This document shows, piece by piece, positions 8,087 through 18,276 of a stretch of 64,000 nucleotides of DNA. The notes beneath the pieces were generated by a model. The model worked only from the letters and a program-made list of their open reading frames with translations, was not told the DNA's origin and did not search any database. This DNA is from an uncultured delta proteobacterium (lineage in GTDB: Bacteria; Desulfobacterota; Syntrophorhabdia; Syntrophorhabdales; WCHB1-27), in assembly GCA_963810935.1 (NCBI GenBank), contig CAWEPK010000012.1:64001-128000 (forward strand), read 5' to 3'. The first letter of the stretch is position 1. Every line of letters starts with the position of its first letter. The position numbers and the translations under genes were made by a program.

Positions 8087-10354
8087 TTAATGCCCGCCCG
8101 ACCGCGCCTGCATGCCGGGGGCGAACAGGTCGCCCGAGTTAGGTATGCACAAGCCGGAGTTATTGCTGTATCCCCCGGCGCCGACTGCCGGCAACTCGAA
8201 CGTTAAATCGTCGGCCAGCGGCGGGTTGTTGTGATCGGTCGGGGTATGGCCCGCATAGACCAAAAGCGACGGGTGGTCGAAAGGCGCCTGGTCGCACTGG
8301 ACGCGAGGGTCCGTGAGGGCCTGAATGTAGCGGACAAGAGCCGACAGGTCGTCAGTCGCCACATTACAATTCGGCTGCACGACCCCGTTAGCGTCGCAGT
8401 CCTTCAAGCCTAGCGGTACGATTACACCCGTCACATTCGTCTTGCAATCTCCGGTGACGGGGAAAATCGCGTCGCCGGCCGCGCCGGTGCCCGAATCGTC
8501 TCCCGCCGAGCAGGTGCTTGTCCCGGCAGGGCCGGAGTTATTGTTATCGACACCGGCTATGCCTATATCTCTCCGGTTCCCACCTCTGTTATAGACCTTC
8601 ATAGCCTGTCTCAGGGTGCCGTATCCACCCCACATGAAGTACGGCGGGGTAAGCGCCGCGTTGCGCAGAGAAGGTATTTTCACTGCCCCTGCGATCTCGA
8701 GCTTCGTCACGCTCGTCCCGATCGACGGCTGGACCAGCGAGATATTGTTTTGCAGGTAGGGGTCTACTATGTGGTTCGTCAGATACTGCTTGCCATAGGA
8801 AAGCGGGTTCCCGTAGGGGTCTGTCCCGCCGACGCCCAGGTCCATCGTATAGGGCTTGACGCCGATATTCGCGAAACCCAGATCGCGTATATCGAGGGTG
8901 TTATTGATGTCCGGCACCGGGTTCAGGAAGGGGGTAAAAGCCTGGCCGGTCGGGGTCTGGCTCTCGGTGAACCCCGGACTGTTGTGGCAGAAAAGACAAT
9001 TGCCGCCCGTTATCCCCCCCTGTGCAATGGGAGGTATGAAATTGGCGTTGTGGAAGATTTTGCATCCCTTTGATAGAAGCGGGTCTACGTCGGGTGTCGT
9101 ATCGCACCCTGTAATACCGGGGATAGGGCCGTTCCCAATTATGATTTTCCCTGCGTTAAAAAGCATGTCGAACTCGCTCTGGTTGGATATCAGCGTAGCC
9201 TCGTAGAGCATGATCGAGATGCCCCAGAACATGGAGAAGTTCGTCTCCATCTGCGTGTAGCCTTTCGGGTCGTTCGTGAGTTGGCCTTTCGTTGATATTG
9301 TATACCTCCCGGTGTCGCTCCAGTACTTCGGGTCGAATGCCTGCTTGATCAGGGAGCCGTACGTATATTGCAGGCCCAGGCCCCTGCCCGCAGGGTTGGC
9401 GTAAGCCCCGAGCACGCTGTCGCGCGGGTCCACCTTCTGTATCTCCAGGGGCTGCCTGTTTATCATCTTCCTTCCGACGTCTGCGAACGACCTGCCGTTG
9501 CACGACATCTCGTTCTGAGACGTAGGCGGAGCCATCGACTGCGAGGCAAGGCTCGAATCAGGCAACTGGAGGTAGCCGAGCATCGGCTTGCCGTTCTGAA
9601 GGACGACCAGCCGGGCCTGAGGGTTCGCGGAGATTGTGCGCATGCCGAAGGGGTCCAAGCCGTTGAATGTGTTGTTCGCGCGGCCGTCCCAGAACTGCCT
9701 GTTGTTGAGCGCCGCGTTGATGATCGTAGGCGACTGGCGCGGCTCGACGCGCCTTGCCGGATACGGGCCCGCGTGGAATACGGAGGCCGAGGCGCTCGTC
9801 GGGTTGCAAAGGTCTTGATTGCCGCCAATCGGCACGACCTGGCTGTAGTTCTCGGTGAACGAGCCGCTCGGGGCCACGCGGTCGTTGGTGCTCGTTATGA
9901 CGGGGGAGTTATGGTCCGTCTCGTCCTGAAGCTGAAAGATGGGGAAGTCCGACGGAAGGAGCCTGTAGTTCGAATCGGCTCTATTCCCCGAAGGCATGTA
10001 GCCCGCCGCCACCTGGCCCGTATCGGAGCGGTTGGAGCCGAATCGCGTGTCACCGTTCGATCCGAACGTGATGTCGTTGAAGCCCGGGTTGAGCTCGTTC
10101 GTGATCCTCGTATCGGCCCCGGCTGTGAAATGGCAGCTTGCGCACGCCTGGAAGTCGGCGCCCGCCTGCTGGTCCCAGAAAAGGGCCTTCCCCAGCACCA
10201 CCGCTGATTTCATGTCCTTGACGATGCCCGTTAAATTAGGGAGCTTGGGCGTAAGGACAGTCTGACTCTGGGCCTGCGCGAGAGGGACTGCGACCAGTCC
10301 CAAAATAAAGGTCGCCACCGAAAAAACGGCCAGCCTGTATACAAGCCTCTTCAT
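8087..10354 (-). CDS. Large exported di-heme cytochrome c peroxidase-superfamily protein (SACCP/CorB/MauG-like)
   Basis: Signal peptide; LGKALFWD..CASCH and CLFCH heme motifs; QFWDGRA; KIPSLRN..LTPPY; C-terminal LTDPRV...APFDHP. Confidence 0.85.
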   Translation of the reverse strand: MKRLVYRLAVFSVATFILGLVAVPLAQAQSQTVLTPKLPNLTGIVKDMKSAVVLGKALFWDQQAGADFQACASCHFTAGADTRITNELNPGFNDITFGSNGDTRFGSNRSDTGQVAAGYMPSGNRADSNYRLLPSDFPIFQLQDETDHNSPVITSTNDRVAPSGSFTENYSQVVPIGGNQDLCNPTSASASVFHAGPYPARRVEPRQSPTIINAALNNRQFWDGRANNTFNGLDPFGMRTISANPQARLVVLQNGKPMLGYLQLPDSSLASQSMAPPTSQNEMSCNGRSFADVGRKMINRQPLEIQKVDPRDSVLGAYANPAGRGLGLQYTYGSLIKQAFDPKYWSDTGRYTISTKGQLTNDPKGYTQMETNFSMFWGISIMLYEATLISNQSEFDMLFNAGKIIIGNGPIPGITGCDTTPDVDPLLSKGCKIFHNANFIPPIAQGGITGGNCLFCHNSPGFTESQTPTGQAFTPFLNPVPDINNTLDIRDLGFANIGVKPYTMDLGVGGTDPYGNPLSYGKQYLTNHIVDPYLQNNISLVQPSIGTSVTKLEIAGAVKIPSLRNAALTPPYFMWGGYGTLRQAMKVYNRGGNRRDIGIAGVDNNNSGPAGTSTCSAGDDSGTGAAGDAIFPVTGDCKTNVTGVIVPLGLKDCDANGVVQPNCNVATDDLSALVRYIQALTDPRVQCDQAPFDHPSLLVYAGHTPTDHNNPPLADDLTFELPAVGAGGYSNNSGLCIPNSGDLFAPGMQARSGGH

Positions 10355-10635
10355 TCTCCCCTCCTCGTATGGTTTCGGGTAGTCTATCCTCCCGTTTCTC
10401 TCCCGGCGCGAACCGGCCGGGACCTAAAAGCCGGCGCGCTCAGGCGGGCTTACTTTCCGGGTATGCAGATCAATCAGCACGCACTTTAATGCAAGTTGAC
10501 GAAGCAAACAGAACCGGGGCCTTGAATGAAGGGTGGGACGCTCAGGATGGTGGCCTATCTCATGATATGGGTACGGCCGAAACAATTGTCAACCAGCGGC
10601 ACGGGCTTTTAAAGAAAGATTTGCCTGCCGGATTA

Positions 10636-11484
10636 TCAGAGGCCGTATTTTTTGAAAAACGCCTGGTATATACGCTGGGGCAGGCCAGTATGGCGATAAA
10701 GCCCGAGGGCCTTTGCGTAGAATGAGAGGAGGGTGTCGCCGCCGGTTACCGCCACTCTCGGCAAATAAACTGTTCCCTCGCCGTAGCGGACCGGGCCCCT
10801 CTGCAATGTGCAGCAGCACCTGTAAGACGCTCTCTTCATCGCGGCCTCAAGGTCGGACTCGAAGGAAGGCCACCGCCCGTGGGCGATGGGAAACGAGAAA
10901 GGCAGGGCTACGGCGATGGGCGAGATCCCCAGCATGGCCTCGATCCTTTTTTTCGACCGTACAAGCTCGGACTCGACCTCACCGGGCGCCATGCGGGGCG
11001 GGAAGCGATGGCTGGCAGTGTGGGAGCCTATCTCCATCCCGCCGGCCGCCATGAATTGCGCGTCCTGCCAGCTCATGGGGCGCGCGTCTTCGTCGCCCCG
11101 GTCGCTTTCGGCAAGCCAGCCGAAGCGGCAGGCGTTCTCGGGCGGGCCTGAGATACCGGGCAGATAATCGGTGGCGAGGAAGACGCAGGCGGCAAAGCCG
11201 TATTTCAGCAGGACGGGCAGCGCCCTTGTGTACGTGCTCCTGTACCCGTCGTCGAAGGTAAGGACCACTGTCTTTCGCGGCAGCGCCTTCCCTCTCTCCA
11301 TTGCAGAGACGAGGCCGCTCAGAGGAAGGACGTTAAAGCCGCGCTCCTTAAGCACGCGCATCTGGCGCTCGAACGCGTCGAGGTGCACCGCGTCCTTCAT
11401 GGGGCAGCCGCGCCGGTCGCCCGTATATATGTGATGGTAGACAAGGACGCTGGCAGGGTATGAGCGCGGCCGGGCAGACGACAT
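10636..11484 (-). CDS. Polysaccharide deacetylase (NodB/CE4)
   Basis: VLVYHHI, LTFDDGY, EIGSHTASH, LPRV motifs. Confidence 0.88.
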   Translation of the reverse strand: MSSARPRSYPASVLVYHHIYTGDRRGCPMKDAVHLDAFERQMRVLKERGFNVLPLSGLVSAMERGKALPRKTVVLTFDDGYRSTYTRALPVLLKYGFAACVFLATDYLPGISGPPENACRFGWLAESDRGDEDARPMSWQDAQFMAAGGMEIGSHTASHRFPPRMAPGEVESELVRSKKRIEAMLGISPIAVALPFSFPIAHGRWPSFESDLEAAMKRASYRCCCTLQRGPVRYGEGTVYLPRVAVTGGDTLLSFYAKALGLYRHTGLPQRIYQAFFKKYGL

Positions 11485-11620
11485 GGAGGTACGTTTATTC
11501 TGTGGACGGTTATCAATACTGTCAACCGGGGTCGTAGAATCAATCTTACAAGTTGACGAATGGCAGGCGAGGTACTAGAAAATAATAAGCGCCAACCGAA
11601 TGACACCGGGAGAGCTTCGC

Positions 11621-12691
11621 ATGATCGACGGCATGGGATATAAGGTTCGCAACGGTACGCGGGCCATGCGCGCCTGGGTCGTCCCCTACCTGCTTTCAAG
11701 ACTGCGGGCACACGAGTTCCGGCCTGTCCTGTGCTACCTGTTCACCGAATGGAAATGCAATATAGACTGCCACTACTGCCACCAGTACGACAACCGCAGG
11801 GACAACATGACACTGGACACAGCGAAGGACTCCATCGACTGGCTCAAATCGATCGGATGCCGCGTCGTGCCCCTTATGGGCGGAGAGCCGCTTTTGCGCA
11901 AGGACTTCGTCCTCGACGTGATACGCTACGGCGCGAAAAACGGCTTTTTCATGTACCTGCCGACTAACGGCTACCTGATGGATAAATCGTTCATCGACGA
12001 GGTCGGGCGCGCCGGCGTCGCGGCGATCAACCTCGCTGTGGACTGCGTCGCGCCTCGGAAGGGGCTGCCGAAGGCCCTTCTCGCCATCGAGCCTCAGTTC
12101 CGCTACCTCGTCGAGAAACAGGAAAAGTACGGGTACATGATCTTCTTTAATATGAACATCTGCGGGAACAACATGAAAGACGTCCGGATGCTGACGGAAA
12201 TCGCGCACCAGAACGGCATAGGCACCGATTACCACCTCAACGAGCCGCCACACACGTTCGTCAACACGGAGCATTACAAACACGAAGAGGACATGCTCAC
12301 TATCACGCCGGACAAGTTCGGGGAAGCCGACGCGCTACTCGACTGGCTGATCGAGAAGCAGCGCGCGGGGTGGCCGATGGTCAATTCCGTCGAGCACCTG
12401 CGGACGTTCAAAGGGCGCATGCGCGGGCAGATCGCCGGCTGGGACTGCCGGGCGGGGCGCAACGGCGCGCTCATCCGCACGGACGGGACACTCTCCCCGT
12501 GCTTCGACATGATATGCTACGACCATGACTGGGGGCGGATCGGCAGTCCCCGATTCGACGCCGCGGAGCTGGACGCGCTTAAAGGACGGTGCAGGTCCCT
12601 TTGCTCGTCCACCTGTTTCCATACAATGGGGTTCTATTACAAGCTCGCCGCCGTACCGGAGTGGGTCCGCAAGCACATCCGGGTGGGCTGA
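11621..12691 (+). CDS. Radical SAM protein with C-terminal Cys cluster (SPASM/twitch-like)
   Basis: CNIDCHYC, GGEPLL, TNG; C-terminal C.AG...DGTLSPC...C..LCSSTC. Confidence 0.88.
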   Translation: MIDGMGYKVRNGTRAMRAWVVPYLLSRLRAHEFRPVLCYLFTEWKCNIDCHYCHQYDNRRDNMTLDTAKDSIDWLKSIGCRVVPLMGGEPLLRKDFVLDVIRYGAKNGFFMYLPTNGYLMDKSFIDEVGRAGVAAINLAVDCVAPRKGLPKALLAIEPQFRYLVEKQEKYGYMIFFNMNICGNNMKDVRMLTEIAHQNGIGTDYHLNEPPHTFVNTEHYKHEEDMLTITPDKFGEADALLDWLIEKQRAGWPMVNSVEHLRTFKGRMRGQIAGWDCRAGRNGALIRTDGTLSPCFDMICYDHDWGRIGSPRFDAAELDALKGRCRSLCSSTCFHTMGFYYKLAAVPEWVRKHIRVG

Positions 12692-12727
12692 TTGCAGCCT
12701 GTCCACATGGGCGCTCCTTATTGCCGC

Positions 12728-13462
12728 ATGAAAAAAGCCGCCTTTATCGCACTGGCCCTGATCGCTGCCTGCGGGCTCTGCATCGCTGCCGCAGAGCCGG
12801 AGATCCCGGTGGGCCCCTTTTCGTCGGCGGCAGCCGGCGGCATCCCTGAAGGCTGGAAGCCGTGGATCCTGAAAAACGTCAGCAGGCGCACCACTTACAG
12901 GCTCGTAAAGGACGACGTTGTCGCGTTGAAGGCAGTCGCGGAGGCATCCGCCAGCGGCATAGAGCACGATATAAAGGTAGACCCAAAAGAGTACCCGCTT
13001 TTGGAATGGCGATGGAAGGTCGCAGAAATCATCGAGGACGCGGACATCTCCATCAAGGAGCGCAACGACGCGCCTGCGCGGGTCTATGTAGCGTTCAGCT
13101 ACGATATAAACAAAGTCGGTTTCTTCGAAAGGCTGAAGTATAAGGCGGCCAAACGGATATACTCCGACTCCCTGCCCCTGCGGGCGCTTTGCTACACGTG
13201 GGCGAACAGGTCCGAAAAGGGCAGCTTCGTCCCCATGCCTTATACTTCGTGGTTCATGCAGGTCGTAGTAGAGAACAGCCATTCCCCGATCAGGGAATGG
13301 CTGACGGAGGAGCGCGACGTTTACCGGGACTACGTGCAGGCATTCCATGAAGAGCCCGGCCATATCACGGGCGTAGCCATCATGACGAACACGGACAATC
13401 TTCTTGGGAAGGCCACCGCATGGTATGGCGACATAGCCTTCAAGAAGGGCGGGCCGGGTTAG
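12728..13462 (+). CDS. DUF3047 family exported protein
   Basis: YPLLEWRWKV, D.PARVYVAF, W.TEERDV..DY..AF.EEP, GVAIMTNTDN. Confidence 0.85.
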   Translation: MKKAAFIALALIAACGLCIAAAEPEIPVGPFSSAAAGGIPEGWKPWILKNVSRRTTYRLVKDDVVALKAVAEASASGIEHDIKVDPKEYPLLEWRWKVAEIIEDADISIKERNDAPARVYVAFSYDINKVGFFERLKYKAAKRIYSDSLPLRALCYTWANRSEKGSFVPMPYTSWFMQVVVENSHSPIREWLTEERDVYRDYVQAFHEEPGHITGVAIMTNTDNLLGKATAWYGDIAFKKGGPG

Positions 13463-13862
13463 GTCCGCGTCTTGGTCGGTATTTGATCTCCGGGCTTTTG
13501 CATACCCCTTACCGGCCATAAGTGTTCGTCCTGACTATCGCCTCGTGATAGGACTATCGCCGGCCCGCAGTCTTCAACCTCAGTTTTACGACTTAAGAGA
13601 CGCATAATAGGCGGGCCCCACAAAACCCTTTGAATATCGCCCCGCTACCTCGCGGGCGCGCGTCACGGCGCCCTGCCGGGCGGCCGGGGCAGACTGTTTT
13701 TCTGTTGACACATCGCACGAATCCTTTACAATTTTAGGAGCTTGTAAAGCTTCCAAACATCCCGTTCCATCCGATTGACTTTTGTGGAAAACCAGAAGCG
13801 GTAAGAGACCCGGCGTAAGGGCATTGATTGTCCGGTCTGACTTCCATCGAGGGGGGTGCTGC

Positions 13863-15508
13863 ATGGCTCGCAGGACGGTCATACTGATTTCGGTCCTTTT
13901 GGTTTGTCTGATCCTGGCTGGATGCAGCTCGGGCGGCTCCTCGTCCGGGGCCCCGGCAAACGGCGGGGCCGGCGCTGCCGCGCCAGGTGGAGGCGGTGGA
14001 GGTGGGGGCGGCACACCGCCCGGCGCGCCGTCTGCTCCTACCGTGCTGACAGGCCGGAGTCTGGCCCAGGCTCATCTGGCCGGCGACGGCCGGCGCATCC
14101 AGCTACTGCATATACAGGAACGGCACTTTCGTGAATTCCGTCACAGGAGCGCTTTATTACATCGACGAGGGCCTCGTCCTCGGCAGCTCTTACAGCTACG
14201 AGCTGTCCGCAGCAAATACAGCGGGTGAGTCGGGCAAGTCGCTTCCCGTAGCGGCCGCCACCGCCATCTGGACGAAGATTATCTGCTCGTCCGCGATAGA
14301 TTTCGCCTCCGGCATAGCGCTCGACGGCGACGGTAATTTTTATGTGACCGGTTACACGACGGGCAATCTCGACGGCCAGACGAACGCCGGGCTGAAGGAC
14401 ATTTTCGTCACGAAGTACGATCAGACCGGGACGAAGCAATGGACAAGCCTGCTCGGAACCGCATCGGACGACGCGGCGGGCGGCATCGCAGTCGACGCTT
14501 CAGGAAACGTCTACGTCACCGGGTATACGAACGGCAGCCTCGCCGGCCAGACGAACGCAGGCGGGGCCGACGTCTTTGTCGCCAAATACGATGGGTCCGG
14601 CGCAAGGATTTGGGTCGCGCTCCTCGGGACATCGGCTGACGACGCGGGCAACGGCATAGCGGCCGACAGCTCCGGCAACGTCTACGTCACGGGCTATACG
14701 CAGGGCAACCTGGGCGGCCAGACGAACGCAGGCGGGGCCGACGTCTTCATCGCCAAATACGACACGTCGGGCGCAAAGCAATGGGTCGCGCTTCTCGGGA
14801 CATCGGCTGACGACGCGGGCAACGGCATAGCGGCAGACGGTTCCGGCAATCTTTACATAACGGGTTATACGGCAGGTAACCTGGCCGGCCAGACGAACGC
14901 GGGAGGCAAAGATATCTTTTTCGCTGCGTATGACGCGTCGGGCAACAGGCAATGGGTCGCCCTCCTGGGGACTGCGGCGGACGATGTGGGCAACGGCATA
15001 GCCCTCGGCCCCTCGGGCGCCCTATGCGCAGTGGGCGTTACGGCAGGCAACCTCGATGGCCAGACGAACGCGGGCGCCACGGACGCCTTCCTGACCATGT
15101 TCAATACATCGGGCGCAAAGCAATGGACAAGGCTCTTCGGCACAAGCCAGACCGACGCGGCCAATGCCGTAGCCTTCGACGCGTCGGGTAATTGCTATTT
15201 AACAGGCTACACATATGGCAACCTCAGACTCCCTTTACGGGCGGATGGGGGGAGGCGCCGGTGGAGGCAGCCAGACGAACGCAGGCAACGACGACGTCTT
15301 CATCGCAAAATATGACACATCGGGCACGAACCAATGGGCGGGGCTTTTAGGGACGCCGGCCAACGATTCAGGCGCCGCGATCACCGTCGATCAATACGGA
15401 AACAGCTATATTGCGGGCAGCACGGGGGGTAGCCTGGACGGCATCACGAACACCGATTCATCTGGTGCTTTTGTAGCAAAAACGACGTCCGACGGCGACC
15501 TCTGGTAA
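13863..15508 (+). CDS. Lipoprotein with Gly linker, Fn3-like domain and SBBP beta-propeller repeats; frameshifts near 14060 and 15226
   Basis: Lipobox LAGC; W...GASSY.IYRNG...YSYELSA.N.AGES Fn3-like; repeated IAxDxSGNxYVTGYT...D.F.AKYD blades. Confidence 0.8.
14300..15330 (+). repeat. Intragenic 171-bp (57-aa) tandem repeats
   Basis: ggccagacgaacgc recurs at 14374, 14545, 14716, 14887, 15058 (171-bp period), then a variant at 15269. Confidence 0.9.
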
Positions 15509-15572
15509 AAGAAAGATATCGGCGTTTACGCTCGTTTTATTGCCCTGCTGTCTCTGCAGCAGGGCAATTCAT

Positions 15573-16877
15573 TTACAAGGCCTCCTTCGTTATCTTCAAC
15601 GCCTTGATCGCCTCTTCTATCGGGATGAAGTAGTTCAGGCCCAGCGTGTAAGGGCCGAAAGTTATGCCGGAGACGCACATCCCGACGACGCCCTTATCGA
15701 GGGAGACGAGCGGCCCCCCGCTGTTGCCCGGGTGGATGCTCACGTCGCTCTGCACGTATTTTATCTCGTTTCTCACGCGGAAGCTGCTGATGATGCCTTT
15801 CGTCACGGTCTGGAACAGGTCTTCCGAAAGGGGCGTGCCGATGCAAAAGACCTCGTCGCCTATATTGACCGAGGCGGTGTTTCCCAGGGGCAGGTAAGGA
15901 TAAATGTCCTTCTCCAGCCTTATCAGCGCAACGTCGCGCACCTTGCTGACGCGCACCACCTGGCCCGCCACTTCCTTGCCCGTGACGAACTTCACGTTGA
16001 CGAAGCTTGCGCCGCCGACAACGTGCTCGTCGGTCAGCACATAGCCGTCGGGCGATATCACGAACCCCGAGCCGTGCCCGGAGCCGGAAAAGACCGTCAC
16101 GACCGCGCTGCGCATCTCCCCGAGGGCGCCTTCACGCACCATGCCGCCCTTCCCCGTCGTCTCGGCGGCCGTCTTGAACCGCACCTTCAGCTCGGTTTTA
16201 TCTTCTTTGACTTGCTTCACCGGGACGCTGCTGTCGAGGGCCACCGTCCGGTAGAGCCGTACGTCCGCCAGCAGGTTCTGCACTGCCGCTCCGAATGCCC
16301 GAAGCAGCAGCTCCTGGTAGGTGTCACGCCTGCCGGTGTCTCCCGACGAGCCTTCGGTCGTAATCTTCAGCACTACGTCGCGTGCCTTCTTGCTGTACAG
16401 CTCCCATTCGACCTGCATGTAAATGCCGCCCTTCGCAGTCACCCAATCGTCCGACGCGGCACGTGGAAAGCATACGTTAGCGCCCACGTCCCTGATCCTC
16501 CCGGCTATCAGGAACTCCGCCTTCTCCGCCGACCGGTCCTCGAAAAGCGCGTCCGGGTCGCCCACGAGCGTGTAGCCCGCCGCCTGCATGCGCTGCCGCA
16601 GCATCTCGCCCAGCTCCGCGTCCGGCACTATCGCCTTTTCACTCTTCCAGCAGAGCGGTCCCTTATACGAGCATAGCGAACCCGTCCGCATCTCGCCTAT
16701 CATCTTGCCCCTCGGCACGAGGGAGATAACCTTCTTGAACATGATCGGCTTCGTCCCCCCGCCCGGCTCGACCGAGGGCCTGCCGGCCACTTGCCTTATG
16801 GCAGGAATCGAGCCGGAGCAGCCCACAAGCCCTACCAGAAAAAAGACGATCGATGCCCAAAAGACCTTTCTCTTCAT
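15573..16877 (-). CDS. Trypsin-like (S1C) serine protease lipoprotein without PDZ domain
   Basis: Lipobox LVGC; GSGFVI..VLTDEHVV, DVALIRL, GNSGGPL triad motifs in the C-terminal half. Confidence 0.88.
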   Translation of the reverse strand: MKRKVFWASIVFFLVGLVGCSGSIPAIRQVAGRPSVEPGGGTKPIMFKKVISLVPRGKMIGEMRTGSLCSYKGPLCWKSEKAIVPDAELGEMLRQRMQAAGYTLVGDPDALFEDRSAEKAEFLIAGRIRDVGANVCFPRAASDDWVTAKGGIYMQVEWELYSKKARDVVLKITTEGSSGDTGRRDTYQELLLRAFGAAVQNLLADVRLYRTVALDSSVPVKQVKEDKTELKVRFKTAAETTGKGGMVREGALGEMRSAVVTVFSGSGHGSGFVISPDGYVLTDEHVVGGASFVNVKFVTGKEVAGQVVRVSKVRDVALIRLEKDIYPYLPLGNTASVNIGDEVFCIGTPLSEDLFQTVTKGIISSFRVRNEIKYVQSDVSIHPGNSGGPLVSLDKGVVGMCVSGITFGPYTLGLNYFIPIEEAIKALKITKEAL

Positions 16878-16960
16878 ACTGCCTCCCTAAAAGCAAAAGC
16901 GCGCACAAGTATACCAAAATATGGAATAAAATCAAAACTGGGGTGGGAGGAGAAGCGCAA

Positions 16961-16999
16961 TTTTCCATACGGCCTTCTCTTTCAAGGCCGTATGGAAAA
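16961..16999. terminator. Perfect 16-bp hairpin downstream of response regulator
   Basis: ttttccatacggcctt-N7-aaggccgtatggaaaa. Confidence 0.6.
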
Positions 17000-17030
17000 G
17001 CGGGATTTTTCTTACGGGTGGTTTTTCGTC

Positions 17031-17507
17031 TTAATAGTAGCCGAACCCCGATTTCTTTTTCCAATCGGAATCGAACTGGCTGTCGAAATAGGACTCCAGT
17101 TTCACTAGCAGGTGCTTCCATCCCTCTTTGCGCTCGTATTTCAGCACGTCTTCCAGGAACGGGACGATCTCGCCCAGCTTGTCCTTCGGCAGGTATGCAT
17201 TCGCGCCGAGGTCGTGGGATTTCTTGAGGGCTTCGGGGGTCAGGGCGTGGGCGGTCAGCATGGCGACCCTGAAATGCCTGCTCACTGCGATTTCCAGCAG
17301 GTCGAAGCCGCGTACGCCCATGATGTCGAGGACGACTATATCGTACTGGTTCTTGCGCAGGAGCTCGGCCGCGGCATCGTAAGTCGTAGCCTTGTCGAAC
17401 CTGCAGCCGGTGCACGCCTGACGGACTTCATCTTCAAGGACGGCGAGGACGTCCGGCTCGTCGTCTACTGCCAGCATTACCCTGTTGTCTAAAACGGAAT
17501 TCGCCAT
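17031..17507 (-). CDS. Single-domain response regulator
   Basis: VDDE, LDIMG (phospho-Asp), MLTA, YLPK. Confidence 0.9.
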   Translation of the reverse strand: MANSVLDNRVMLAVDDEPDVLAVLEDEVRQACTGCRFDKATTYDAAAELLRKNQYDIVVLDIMGVRGFDLLEIAVSRHFRVAMLTAHALTPEALKKSHDLGANAYLPKDKLGEIVPFLEDVLKYERKEGWKHLLVKLESYFDSQFDSDWKKKSGFGYY

Positions 17508-17520
17508 ATTATCTCCTTTT

Positions 17521-18276
17521 TCAACACGCTAACGGGGGTATTTTTACGGTGAAGGTGGTGCCGCAGCCGCTGCCGCTTCTTACCGCGATCTCCCCCTGCA
17601 TGGTCTCGAGCAGCGCCTTGACGCAGAACAGACCCAGACCTAAACCCTGATGCTGCTGCGCCTGCCAGTCATCATGCTTCAACTGCATAAACCGCTTGTA
17701 GACTATCTCCTGCTCTCCTTCGGATATGCCGCACCCGTCATCGGTGACGAGGATTACCAGATCGCTGTCTCCGTTTATCGCCACGTCCATCCTGTTCTTA
17801 CGGAATTTCATCGCGTTGCTCATCAGGTTTTGCAATATTAGCTGCACCTTCCTCCTGTCGTGGCGGAAAGGCGACGTCGCATACTTCCCGCTCACTTCGA
17901 TGGAGATGCCATTCTCACCCAGAAAGCTCCTGATCTGTTCCCCGTCTTCCAGTTTCTCGAGCTTCTCGCCGGCTCCGGCAAGGGCTATGTCTATGACATC
18001 GACAAGCGCGTCTCTCGCCACGCGCTCCGGATAAAACTGGTCGGAGTGGAAGAGCTGCTCCTCCGAGCGGGCCACGTCTACGATTTCCTTCAGGACACGC
18101 TGCGCCTTCCTGGCGTTGCGCGCAATACGCTCGATGCAGGACTTCTGCGAATCCGACAGGCACGTGCAGTTTTCCCGGCGCAGCAGGCCGTCCGCCGTCG
18201 CGGCGACGACAGACAGAGGACCTGTCAGATCGTGCACGAACAGATCGTACAAAAAATCTTTAGGCCCCATTCCCAT
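17521..18276 (-). CDS. Sensor-less cytoplasmic histidine kinase
   Basis: H-box VHDLTGPL at residue ~15, NLMSNAMKF, DDGCGI, GLGLGL. Confidence 0.88.
   Translation of the reverse strand: MGMGPKDFLYDLFVHDLTGPLSVVAATADGLLRRENCTCLSDSQKSCIERIARNARKAQRVLKEIVDVARSEEQLFHSDQFYPERVARDALVDVIDIALAGAGEKLEKLEDGEQIRSFLGENGISIEVSGKYATSPFRHDRRKVQLILQNLMSNAMKFRKNRMDVAINGDSDLVILVTDDGCGISEGEQEIVYKRFMQLKHDDWQAQQHQGLGLGLFCVKALLETMQGEIAVRSGSGCGTTFTVKIPPLAC

Noticed and set aside
13463..13862. Riboswitch or ncRNA in the long intergenic region, including gactatcgcc twice at ~13533 and ~13552
   Set aside because: I recognise no riboswitch consensus and the repeat is too short to support a call. An Rfam scan would be needed.
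14300..15330. Regularly spaced repeats as a CRISPR array
   Set aside because: The period is 171 bp, in frame, and the intervening sequence is also homologous. These are protein-coding propeller blades, and no cas genes are present.
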